Assembly (NCBI GenBank): GCA_964528065.1
Contig: CAZGRD010000003.1
Location: forward strand, 1 to 37,984
DNA length: 37,984 nt
Origin: an uncultured Candidatus Saccharibacteria bacterium
Lineage (GTDB): Bacteria > Patescibacteriota > Minisyncoccia > UBA6257 > GWB1-50-10
Direction of reading: 5' to 3'
Shown here: piece by piece, positions 8,951 through 16,644 of the stretch
How the letters are laid out: each line of letters starts with the position of its first letter
How positions within the stretch are numbered: position 1 is the first letter of the stretch
Made by a program: the position numbers and the translations under genes
Notes under the pieces: model-generated
The model's database searches: none
Seen by the model: only the letters and a program-made list of their open reading frames with translations
Told to the model about the DNA's origin: nothing

Positions 8951-9957
8951 CAGTGTTTGCTGAGCAGGGTGCGCTTGTAAACGTCCAGGTGCCCCAGGAC
9001 GGTCGCGGTGCCGCGGCTCACGCAGAAGATCGCGTCTTGGGCGGTGTAGGCGGAAACGCCCAGCGAACGTTTGAAGAAATCTTCCATGTTTCTCAACTGA
9101 GCGCTGCCGCCCGAGAGAATTATTCCTTTTTCCATTATGTCGGCCGCAAGTTCCGGCGGCGTAACGTTGAAAACGGACTGGACCGTATCCATAATTTCGA
9201 GGAGATAGGAATTTATGGCTTCGGCCACTTCGCCCGAAGAAACGACGAGGTCGCGGGGAAGACCGGAAGGCAAATCGCGGCCCCTTATTTTCATTTCAAG
9301 CTTGTTGCGGCTGGGCAAGGCGGTGCCGACGCCGATTTTTATATTCTCGGCCGTTCCTTCGCCTATCGCGAGGCCGTATTTCTTTTTGATGTATTCGGCA
9401 ATGGCGTGGTCAAAACGATTGCCGGCCACCCTCAAGCTGGCCCAGGTAACGATTCCGCCCAAAGAAATCACCGCCACTTCGGTCGTACCGCCGCCGATGT
9501 TCACCACCATATTCCCTTCGGAAGAGTGAATTGGGATACCGGCTCCCAAAGCGGCAAGAAGCGGTTCCTTTACGAGATAGACCTCCTTCGCTCCGGCTTC
9601 CCGGGCAGCGTTGTAAACCGCCCGGTATTCGGTCGAGGTGATGCCAGCCGGCACGGAAATTACCACTTCCGGCTTGAAAAAGTTGAAAGGACCGACGCTC
9701 TTGCCGATGAAGTATTTTAGCATCGCCTGGGTAACGTAATACTCGGCGATGACGCCGTCTTTCAGCGGCTTATAGGTTACGATGTTGTCGGGCGTCCGGC
9801 CGACCATTTCTTTCGCTTCCTGCCCGACCGCGAGAACGGTGTTGTCGGGCTTCCGCAGGGCAACGACAGTCGGTTCGTTGATGACAATGCCTTTATCCGG
9901 CAGGAAAACCAGCGTATTCGTGGTCCCCAAGTCTATGCCGATTTTTCGTATGAACAT
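8950..9957 (-). CDS. mreB: Rod-shape-determining actin homolog MreB
   Basis: IGIDLGTTNT phosphate-1 motif, VNIGGGTTEVAV phosphate-2 motif, ILSGGSAQL adenosine motif. 335 aa. Confidence 0.9.
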   Translation of the reverse strand: MFIRKIGIDLGTTNTLVFLPDKGIVINEPTVVALRKPDNTVLAVGQEAKEMVGRTPDNIVTYKPLKDGVIAEYYVTQAMLKYFIGKSVGPFNFFKPEVVISVPAGITSTEYRAVYNAAREAGAKEVYLVKEPLLAALGAGIPIHSSEGNMVVNIGGGTTEVAVISLGGIVTWASLRVAGNRFDHAIAEYIKKKYGLAIGEGTAENIKIGVGTALPSRNKLEMKIRGRDLPSGLPRDLVVSSGEVAEAINSYLLEIMDTVQSVFNVTPPELAADIMEKGIILSGGSAQLRNMEDFFKRSLGVSAYTAQDAIFCVSRGTATVLGHLDVYKRTLLSKH

Positions 9958-9968
9958 GTTGGTTAAAA

Positions 9969-11258
9969 TTAATCTACTCTTTTCACGTTCGCTCCCAGGT
10001 ACTTCAACCTTTCGTCAATCCTTTCGTACCCGCGGTCTATTTCTTCCACGCCCGAAATTTCGGATTCTCCTTCGGCGATCAGAGCCGCCGTAAGGTGAGC
10101 CATCCCCGCTCTCAAGTCCGGCACTTCGAGATGAGCGCCCCGAAGGGGCGTCGGTCCCAGAATTTCGGCGCCGTGGGGAAACTTGCCGGCAAAACGGCAA
10201 TTCGCATCGTGGCAATCTCTTGTCACTTTAATATTTGCTCCCATCAAATTCAAGTCCTTGGCGTAACCGAAACGGTCTTCATAAATTGTTTCGTGGATTT
10301 CCGAAAGCCCTTCCGCCTGAGTAAGAAGAATGGCAAGCGGCTGCTGCCAGTCGGTCATGAACCCCGGGTGGGTATTGGTTTCGATTTTGGTGGACTTCAA
10401 TTCGCCGGCCCGCCAAAATCTGATGCCGTCATCCTTTACCTCGTAATCGCCGCCGACTCTCCGCAGAGTATTCAAAAAAGTTATCAGATGTTCCTGAATG
10501 GCGTCTTTAACGAAAATGTCGCCATCTGTCGCAATGGCAAGTACCGCAAAAGAAACCGCCTCATTCCGGTCGGGCATTATTCTGTGCTTTACGCCCCGCA
10601 GGCGGCCGACACCTTCTATCCGGATTATCCGGTCGGCGCCGAGCTCGATGATTCCTCCCATCTTCTGAAGAAACTTGATTAAATCCATGATTTCGGGCTC
10701 AAGAGCCGCGTTTCTTATTACGGTCTCGCCTTTCGCCAAAACCGAGGCGAGAAGCGCGTTTTCGGTAGCGCCAACCGAAGGAAAACGCAGGGCGATTTCC
10801 GCACCGTGCAAGCCGTTCGGAGCCGTCGCCCGGTAGGAATTATCCGAAACGGTGATTTCGGCGCCGAGTTTTTTAAGCGCTTCAAGGTGGATATCGACGG
10901 GCCGGGCGCCGATTTTGTCGCCGCCCACAACCGGCACTTCGGCTACCCCCTTGCGGGCAAGAAGAGGCCCCAAGGCCAGAATAGGCAGCCGGTTGCGGCG
11001 GGTAAGCGAACGAACCTCGGTACTTTTTATGACCGGCGTTTTGATGGAGACGGTGTTGCCGTCTTTCAAAACTTCACTGCCGAGTTCCTCGCAAAGGCCG
11101 ATGGTGATCGCCGTATCACCTATCAGCGGAAAATTTTCCAAAATCGAAGTTTCTTCGGAAAGCATCGAAGCGACCAAAAGCTTCGTCGCGGCGTTCTTTG
11201 CGCCGGCAAGTTTTATTTCGCCCTTCAACGGCTGCCTGCCTTTAACGATAAACTTCAT
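9969..11258 (-). CDS. murA: UDP-N-acetylglucosamine 1-carboxyvinyltransferase MurA (Asp in place of the active-site Cys)
   Basis: The in-frame ATG at 11258 gives 429 aa starting MKFIVKGRQPLKGEIKLAGAKNAATKLL. Active-site loop is VVGGDKIGARPVDIH. The 558-aa ORF-track version adds a 129-codon extension that overlaps the divergent gene. Confidence 0.88.
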   Translation of the reverse strand: MKFIVKGRQPLKGEIKLAGAKNAATKLLVASMLSEETSILENFPLIGDTAITIGLCEELGSEVLKDGNTVSIKTPVIKSTEVRSLTRRNRLPILALGPLLARKGVAEVPVVGGDKIGARPVDIHLEALKKLGAEITVSDNSYRATAPNGLHGAEIALRFPSVGATENALLASVLAKGETVIRNAALEPEIMDLIKFLQKMGGIIELGADRIIRIEGVGRLRGVKHRIMPDRNEAVSFAVLAIATDGDIFVKDAIQEHLITFLNTLRRVGGDYEVKDDGIRFWRAGELKSTKIETNTHPGFMTDWQQPLAILLTQAEGLSEIHETIYEDRFGYAKDLNLMGANIKVTRDCHDANCRFAGKFPHGAEILGPTPLRGAHLEVPDLRAGMAHLTAALIAEGESEISGVEEIDRGYERIDERLKYLGANVKRVD

Positions 11259-11300
11259 TGTTATTATCTTGTCCCTCCAGTATACTATTCGAAAACCTCC

Positions 11301-12662
11301 ATGAAAAGACGCCTTCGGAACATTCTCTTTTCGATTTTCGTCCTGTTTTTCATGGTCCTCGGCGGTTACCTTATCTTCATCGCTCAGGGTTTCGTCGTAA
11401 ATCTTAAAGAGCTGAGAATCGAAAAAACCGGCGCCATTTTCCTGAAATTCGCGCCCCGGGATGCCGCTCTTTCGATAGACGGCGAAAAAACAGATTATAC
11501 GCAGAGCGGCTTCCTGGAATCGAACGGCCTCATCGTAAAGGACCTTGTTCCCGGCTCGTACGACCTCAAGCTTTCCAAAGACGGATATCACGACTGGGGA
11601 AAAAACCTGGAAGTTCAGTCGGGACTTATCACTTCCGAAAGCCACATCAATTTATGGCCGAAAACACTGCCGGCCGAAACGTTGATAAAAGAAAACGTCA
11701 GGGATTTTTGGCTGACGAGCGAAGGAGTCGTCCATAAAAACGGCAATAACCGGATAATCTTCAACGACCTCGTAATAAGAGGCAATGATGTCGCCCTTTC
11801 CGACAGCGACTCGAAAATTCTGATTACGAAAGAAAGAGAAGATTATTTCCTCGTTGACCTTAAGGATTCCCGCTCGGCCGTAAACCTCACCCATCTTTTC
11901 AACTCCCTCAAACAGCGTCAGCTGGCCCTTTCCGGCACCGTCCCCATAACGGAAATTTTCTTTCACCCTTTTAGCCCGAACAAGATAGTTATTGCGAGCA
12001 AAACCTCGCTTTATACGATTGACGTAAAGAAAGTCGAAATCGACAAGCTCGTCACCCTGGACGAAATAAAATCGGTGGCTTTGAGCGTAAGCGACGCCTT
12101 AATCCTCGACGGAAACGACGACCTTATGATAATAAACCTCCCTCTCAAAACCTCCCTTAACGAAAGGGTAAAAATGGAGCCGGCCGAGATTTTTACGACC
12201 AATTCCGACGGCACGAGCGTTTTTGTCCTTACTCCGGCCGGTGAACTGAAAGTTTACAGGCGTTCTCCCGGAAAAACCGATACTCTTGCCGCGAACGTCC
12301 GGGAATTTGAAATTTCTCCCGAAGAAAAAAGAATCGCTGTCATAACACTCGGCAACGAACTCAAGATCGCCTATCCCGAAGAATTTGAAGGAGACGTAAA
12401 AAGCGAGGCCGGGACGATTGTTAAAATCCCGGACGCGTTCCGGGGAAATATAAGAAAAGTAAGCTGGCTCGCCGACTCCCCGAATTACCTGATGCTTTTG
12501 GAGGGAAACGACTTAATCGTCCAGGAAATCGACACAAGAATGCCCGCAAACCGCCACCTTCTCCAAAGCGGAGTTCTCGATTATGAAACGGAAGGCAAAA
12601 ATATTTATATCCTGAAAGTAAACGGCGAGCTTACCGTTTCCTCCACTGCTGAGGGCGTCTAG
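11301..12662 (+). CDS. Membrane-anchored PEGA-like domain protein with a beta-rich C-terminal region
   Basis: The in-frame ATG at 11301 gives MKRRLRNILFSIFVLFFMVLGGYLIFIA (N-terminal TM helix). A PEGA-like segment follows: PRDAALSIDGEKT...LVPGSYDLKLSKDGYHDW. The ORF-track start at 10806 lies antisense inside murA. Confidence 0.5.
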   Translation: MKRRLRNILFSIFVLFFMVLGGYLIFIAQGFVVNLKELRIEKTGAIFLKFAPRDAALSIDGEKTDYTQSGFLESNGLIVKDLVPGSYDLKLSKDGYHDWGKNLEVQSGLITSESHINLWPKTLPAETLIKENVRDFWLTSEGVVHKNGNNRIIFNDLVIRGNDVALSDSDSKILITKEREDYFLVDLKDSRSAVNLTHLFNSLKQRQLALSGTVPITEIFFHPFSPNKIVIASKTSLYTIDVKKVEIDKLVTLDEIKSVALSVSDALILDGNDDLMIINLPLKTSLNERVKMEPAEIFTTNSDGTSVFVLTPAGELKVYRRSPGKTDTLAANVREFEISPEEKRIAVITLGNELKIAYPEEFEGDVKSEAGTIVKIPDAFRGNIRKVSWLADSPNYLMLLEGNDLIVQEIDTRMPANRHLLQSGVLDYETEGKNIYILKVNGELTVSSTAEGV

Positions 12663-13059
12663 CCTTGCGAAGGCCGGGTTTTTTTCGCTCCACCATCCGC
12701 GAGTCACGGGTAAGATACCCGAAAGCTTTGAGGCGGGGCCTAAAACCGGAATCGAACAAAATAAGAGCGCGGGAAATTCCCAAACGCACCGCTTCGGCTT
12801 GACCCGAAAGGCCGCCGCCCCTGACTTTTACGGTCGTCTTCACGCCGGTTAGAGTCAATTTATCGAAAGGAGCGTTGATAACGCCTTGTTCTTTCTTTGT
12901 CGGAAAGTACTTTCCGAATTCCTTGTCGTTCACCGTAATATCGTTTTTGCCGCTTCCCGCCGCGGGGAAAATCCTCACCCTTGCGATGGCGGTTTTCCTC
13001 CGGCCCACGGCCTCGAAGTAACGCTCGGTTTTTTGTTTTTTGGCGATTTTTACCGTCAT
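12631..13059 (-). CDS. rpsI: 30S ribosomal protein S9
   Basis: GRRKTAIARVRI, VKVRGGGLSGQAEAVRLGISRAL and LTRDSRMVERKK. Confidence 0.92.
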   Translation of the reverse strand: MTVKIAKKQKTERYFEAVGRRKTAIARVRIFPAAGSGKNDITVNDKEFGKYFPTKKEQGVINAPFDKLTLTGVKTTVKVRGGGLSGQAEAVRLGISRALILFDSGFRPRLKAFGYLTRDSRMVERKKPGLRKARRPQQWRKR

Positions 13060-13068
13060 GATCGATGA

Positions 13069-13407
13069 TTATTCTATAACGAGCCTTTTCATTCTATTCT
13101 TCAACAGTCTGTTTTTGGGAAGCATAAGACGCACTGCGTTTTGAAGAACCCAATTCGGGTTTTTTTTGAAAATTTCCGCGTAGGTTCTTCGCTTTAGGTG
13201 GCCGAGCGGGCCGGTGTGGCGGTAATAAATCTTCTCTTCCGATTTTCTGCCGCTTATCGCCAGGCTTTTAATGTTTTTTACGAAAACTTCGTCGGCGCCG
13301 GGAAGACGCGGCTCGTAATCAGGATTTTTCTTACCCTGAAGAATTACCGCTATTTCCGATGCCAGCCGGCCTAATTTTTTCCCCTTTGCGTCGAATGTGT
13401 ATTTCAT
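13069..13407 (-). CDS. rplM: 50S ribosomal protein L13 (short, 112 aa)
   Basis: GKKLGRLASEIAVILQGK and YYRHTGPLGHLK..AVRLMLPKN. Confidence 0.88.
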   Translation of the reverse strand: MKYTFDAKGKKLGRLASEIAVILQGKKNPDYEPRLPGADEVFVKNIKSLAISGRKSEEKIYYRHTGPLGHLKRRTYAEIFKKNPNWVLQNAVRLMLPKNRLLKNRMKRLVIE

Positions 13408-13754
13408 ACGAATTCTATAACCGCCATTTTTGCCGCGTCGCTCTTCCTGACTTTCAGGTGCTTTAAAATCCTGGTATAGCCGCCTTTCCTTTCCTTGTAA
13501 CGCGGCGCGATGTCGTTGTAAAGCTTGTAAGCCAAAGGCTTCGGGAGATTTTTAAGAAGGAGACGGAGCCCGGCAAGGTTCTGGCTTTTGCCGTAGGTTA
13601 CCAGCCGGTCAACGTAAGTCTTTATTTCCTTTGCCCGCGCTTCGGTGGTTAAAATCCGTCCGTCCCGCACCAGATTACCGGCGAGCACTTTTAAAAAAGA
13701 GCGGCGTTCGCTCTTCTTGCGGCCGAATTTCCTCCCCTTTTTTAAATGTCTCAT
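13404..13754 (-). CDS. rplQ: 50S ribosomal protein L17
   Basis: MRHLKKGRKFGRKKSERRSFL..LTTEARAKE..YVDRLVT, typical of L17. Confidence 0.9.
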   Translation of the reverse strand: MRHLKKGRKFGRKKSERRSFLKVLAGNLVRDGRILTTEARAKEIKTYVDRLVTYGKSQNLAGLRLLLKNLPKPLAYKLYNDIAPRYKERKGGYTRILKHLKVRKSDAAKMAVIEFV

Positions 13755-13840
13755 GCCAGTGTTGTTAAAACTTACGAGCTCAATGCGAAGTAAATTTTAC
13801 CACAACATTGAGCACTCTGAGATTTATCGAAGAGTTACCT
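13755..13840 (-). repeat. 86-bp start-codon-abutting cassette, copy 1 (upstream of rplQ)
   Basis: 84/86 identical to 16208..16293 and about 67/86 identical to 22207..22292 (hand alignment, no gaps). Contains TGGTAAAAT (13802..13794, minus strand) and an interrupted inverted repeat at 13757..13810. Fills the rpoA-rplQ spacer. Confidence 0.85.
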
Positions 13841-13847
13841 TATTTGT

Positions 13848-14624
13848 TTAAGATTTCTCTTTCTTCGGTCTTCCTTTTTTCTTCTTCTCTTCTTTTTTGC
13901 CTTCCGGTTCATTCATGACTTCGGCCCTCGTCACTTCAACCAAAGAAACTTTTTCGAAGTGGTCCTTCAAGATATTGGCCGCTTTGTGAATCGCTTCCGA
14001 TGGACTAATTGTCCCGTCCGTTTCTATCCTGATTTTAAGGCAGTTATAATCGGTGCGGTCGCCGACTCTCATGTTTTCAACCGAAAACTCAACCTGCTCC
14101 ACCGGAGAAAAAATGGCATCAAGGACGATAGTGCCGACATTCAACCGTTCCAAGCGCCTCGATTCGGCCGGCACGTAACCCAGGCCTTTCTCGACGATAA
14201 GCTCCATGTCGAGTTCGGCTCCTTTTTTAGTGAGAGTGGCAAGATGTAAGTCGGGATTCACCACCTTTACGAGAGTGGTGGATTCGATATCGCCCGCCTT
14301 CACTTCACGCTCGCCTTTTACCGTAAGCTTCAGCGTCTGGGGCTCGTCGGCAAGAAAATGAAATCTTACTTTTTTGAGATTCAAAATAAACTCGACTACG
14401 TCTTCAATCATTCCGGGAATGGTCGAAAATTCGTGGTCGGCGCCTTTCACCTTGATTTGAGTAATGGCGGCGCCGGGCAAAGACGAAAGCAAAACCCGCC
14501 TTATGGCGTTTCCCAAGGTTACGCCATAGCCGGTATAAAGGCCTTCAACGTGAAAAACTCCGGACTTTTCGTTCTCGGAAATCTTTTTAACTTTTAATGT
14601 TTCGCTAAGATAGGAATATTTCAT
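13848..14624 (-). CDS. rpoA: DNA-directed RNA polymerase alpha subunit, N-terminal domain only, with a lysine-rich tail
   Basis: GNAIRRVLLSS, IPGMIEDV and VENMRVGDRTDYNCLKIRIETDG are typical of the alpha N-terminal domain. The protein ends at 258 aa with EPEGKKEEKKKKGRPKKEKS. Confidence 0.88.
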   Translation of the reverse strand: MKYSYLSETLKVKKISENEKSGVFHVEGLYTGYGVTLGNAIRRVLLSSLPGAAITQIKVKGADHEFSTIPGMIEDVVEFILNLKKVRFHFLADEPQTLKLTVKGEREVKAGDIESTTLVKVVNPDLHLATLTKKGAELDMELIVEKGLGYVPAESRRLERLNVGTIVLDAIFSPVEQVEFSVENMRVGDRTDYNCLKIRIETDGTISPSEAIHKAANILKDHFEKVSLVEVTRAEVMNEPEGKKEEKKKKGRPKKEKS

Positions 14625-14633
14625 AAGCCGTTT

Positions 14634-15236
14634 TTATCTTGCGTAAAATTGACCAACCAAATTGATGTCAAAAGAAACGTTAATATCTTCCGATTTAGGG
14701 TGTTTTATACATTCGCCTTTCAGATTCTCCTTGTCAAGTTTTAACCAAGAAGGGGGTTCATATTGTTTGAGTTTCATCCCCAATTCTTCGAACATTTTCC
14801 CGGGCCGCGACTCGGGGCGAATCGAAATTACGTCTCCAATTTTAACACTATAGGAAGGAATTGTCACTTTGCGGCCGTTAACGACGATGTGGCCGTGCGA
14901 GATAGTCTGCCTCGCGACCCTCATCGAAGAAGCCAAACCCAAAAGAAACAAAACCCTGTCAAGCCGTTTCTCCAAAACAACGAGCGTCTTCTCAAGCGGT
15001 CCCTTGAAAAGATTTCTCATTTGCTTGCCCGAAAGACCGTAAGTTATCTGGATTTTTTGTTTTTCCTGAAGCTGTTTGCCGAATTCGGAAATGCTCCTCC
15101 GGCGGCGAGCCTGACCATGGACGCCCGGCCGGTAAGGACGGCGAATCATCACGCATTTGGGGCTTGAGCATCGCTCTGCTTTTATGAAAAGTCTCGTACC
15201 AAGCGATCTTTCTTTTTTTTCTTTTATCCTTTGCAT
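14634..15236 (-). CDS. rpsD: 30S ribosomal protein S4
   Basis: YGLSGKQMRNLF and the S4 RNA-binding domain RLDRVLFLLGLASSMRVARQTISHGHIVVNGRKV. Confidence 0.92.
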   Translation of the reverse strand: MQRIKEKKERSLGTRLFIKAERCSSPKCVMIRRPYRPGVHGQARRRRSISEFGKQLQEKQKIQITYGLSGKQMRNLFKGPLEKTLVVLEKRLDRVLFLLGLASSMRVARQTISHGHIVVNGRKVTIPSYSVKIGDVISIRPESRPGKMFEELGMKLKQYEPPSWLKLDKENLKGECIKHPKSEDINVSFDINLVGQFYAR

Positions 15237-15240
15237 ATTT

Positions 15241-15693
15241 TTAAACTCTTCTTGCCTTCTTGGGCCTCGGACCGTTGTGGGGAATCGGCGTTACGTCTTT
15301 GATGGATAAGATATTCAAGCCCTTCCCGGCAAGCGAACGGAGGGCGGAATCGCGGCCGGCGCCGACTCCTTTTACGAAAACGTCGATTTTAAAGGGACCG
15401 GAACGGCTGAGCTTTTCCGAAATCGCCTCCGCTACCTTGGAAGCGGCAAAAGGAGTGGATTTCTTGGGGCCGGAAAACCCCAAACTGCCGGCCGACATCC
15501 AGGCGATAACGTTGCCTTTTTCGTCGGTCGCGGTGATTACCGTATTATTGTACGAAGCCTGAACGTAAACCCGGCCGTTCTCGTATTTTCCTTTCGGCGC
15601 AGCGCTCTTTTTTTCGGTAAGCGTGCTCTCGACGGCCTCGGATTCTTTAATAACCTCCTCTTTTGTTTTTTCGATGACTTTTTTCTTACCCAT
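15241..15693 (-). CDS. rpsK: 30S ribosomal protein S11
   Basis: VYVQASYNNTVITATDEKGNV..SAGSLGFSGPKKSTPFAA..TPIPHNGPRPKKARRV. Confidence 0.92.
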   Translation of the reverse strand: MGKKKVIEKTKEEVIKESEAVESTLTEKKSAAPKGKYENGRVYVQASYNNTVITATDEKGNVIAWMSAGSLGFSGPKKSTPFAASKVAEAISEKLSRSGPFKIDVFVKGVGAGRDSALRSLAGKGLNILSIKDVTPIPHNGPRPKKARRV

Positions 15694-15696
15694 AGT

Positions 15697-16080
15697 CTAT
15701 TTCAGTTCAACTTTTCTTCTTCCGCTCCCGGCGGTCTTTCTTACGTTTCCGCGCACCGTTCTGGAATTACTCTTCGTTCTCTGGCCCCGGACCGGCAATT
15801 TCCTTATGTGCCTCATACCCCGATAAGCCTTAATGTCTTTCAAACGGTTTATGTTTTGCTTTATGATTTGCCGCAACTCGCCTTCGATTTTAAAACTTTT
15901 CTCGAGAGCGGATTGAATCTTACTTACTTCTTCTCCGGTCAGATCTTTGGTCCGCTTGTCGGGATTTATTTTCGCTTCGGCTAAAATCCGAAAAGCCGAC
16001 GTCCGACCGACGCCGTAAAGATAGGTTAAGGCGATGTTTATTTTCTTTTCGTCGGGTATGTTTATTCCGATGATTCTCAT
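15697..16080 (-). CDS. rpsM: 30S ribosomal protein S13
   Basis: MRIIGINIPDEKKINIALTYLYGVGRTSA and YRGMRHIRKLPVRGQRTKSNSRT. Confidence 0.92.
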   Translation of the reverse strand: MRIIGINIPDEKKINIALTYLYGVGRTSAFRILAEAKINPDKRTKDLTGEEVSKIQSALEKSFKIEGELRQIIKQNINRLKDIKAYRGMRHIRKLPVRGQRTKSNSRTVRGNVRKTAGSGRRKVELK

Positions 16081-16089
16081 GGTCTTGGT

Positions 16090-16203
16090 TTAACCCTGTC
16101 TTTGCTTGTGTTTGGGAGTCTTGCAGATAACGTAAATGCGCCCGCGACGGCGGACAATCTTGCAATTATTGCAGATTTTTTTAACTGAAGCTCTTACTTT
16201 CAT
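16090..16203 (-). CDS. rpmJ: 50S ribosomal protein L36
   Basis: Below the ORF-track size cut-off. Hand translation gives [37 protein letters not shown], 37 aa, with a TAA stop at 16092..16090. Confidence 0.9.
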   Translation of the reverse strand: MKVRASVKKICNNCKIVRRRGRIYVICKTPKHKQRQG

Positions 16204-16207
16204 ACAT

Positions 16208-16293
16208 GCCAATGTTGTTAAAATTTACGAGCTCAATGCGAAGTAAATTTTACCACAACATTGAGCACTCTGAGATTTATCGAAGAGTTACCT
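16208..16293 (-). repeat. 86-bp cassette, copy 2 (upstream of rpmJ, offset 4 nt from the L36 ATG)
   Basis: Differs from copy 1 at 2 positions. Inverted repeat at 16210..16263. TGGTAAAAT at 16255..16247. The cassette's terminal ATG (16207..16205) is out of frame with the L36 ATG. Confidence 0.85.
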
Positions 16294-16384
16294 TTTCAAT
16301 AATGTAATCCTTCGACAAGCTCAGGATAAGGTTTGCTGACTAAATTTTCTGCGTCCTCCGGACTTGAAAATTCAGAGCAAGACC

Positions 16385-16600
16385 TTACATTCTTCTTACA
16401 ATCCGGCCTCGCCTGTCGTTCAATCCCGGCATTTCAATAATGACCCGGTCGCCGGGAATTACCCGAATGTGGTTGATTTTCATCTTACCGGCCAAGTGGG
16501 CTAAAACTTCGCCACCACCGGCAAGTTCCACCCGAAAGAGCAGGCCCGGCAATGCTTCCTCGACGATGCCTTCTATTTGTATGCCTTTGTCTCGTTTCAT
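16385..16600 (-). CDS. infA: Translation initiation factor IF-1
   Basis: 71 aa S1-like fold: IQIEGIVEEALPGLLFRVEL..GGEVLAHLAGKMK.NHIRVIPGDRV. Confidence 0.9.
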   Translation of the reverse strand: MKRDKGIQIEGIVEEALPGLLFRVELAGGGEVLAHLAGKMKINHIRVIPGDRVIIEMPGLNDRRGRIVRRM

Positions 16601-16644
16601 CAGGCGATGTCAGTTTGAAATCCTAACAAAATAGGCAAAATAAG

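Noticed and set aside
11272-11290. AGTATACT palindrome in the murA/PEGA spacer as a third binding site for the TrpR-like regulator. It shares GTATAC with the 24-bp palindrome.
   Set aside because: Only a 6-8-bp core is shared. The flanking GGTGG/CCACC arms and the TTCTCTAAAAAC box are absent. A hexamer match is expected by chance at this window size.
10806-11645. Mutually overlapping N-terminal extensions of the murA ORF (to 11645) and the plus-strand ORF (from 10806).
   Set aside because: The internal ATGs at 11258 (MKFIVKGRQ..., the canonical MurA N-terminus) and 11301 (MKRRLRN plus a TM helix) give normal divergent genes separated by a 42-bp spacer. The extensions are antisense read-through.
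12631-12662. 32-bp convergent overlap of the PEGA-like gene and rpsI, and the shared TTAA stop overlap of efp and the ATPase gene at 4718..4721.
   Set aside because: Real but ordinary consequences of genome compaction. No additional signal such as a hairpin or repeat is associated with them.
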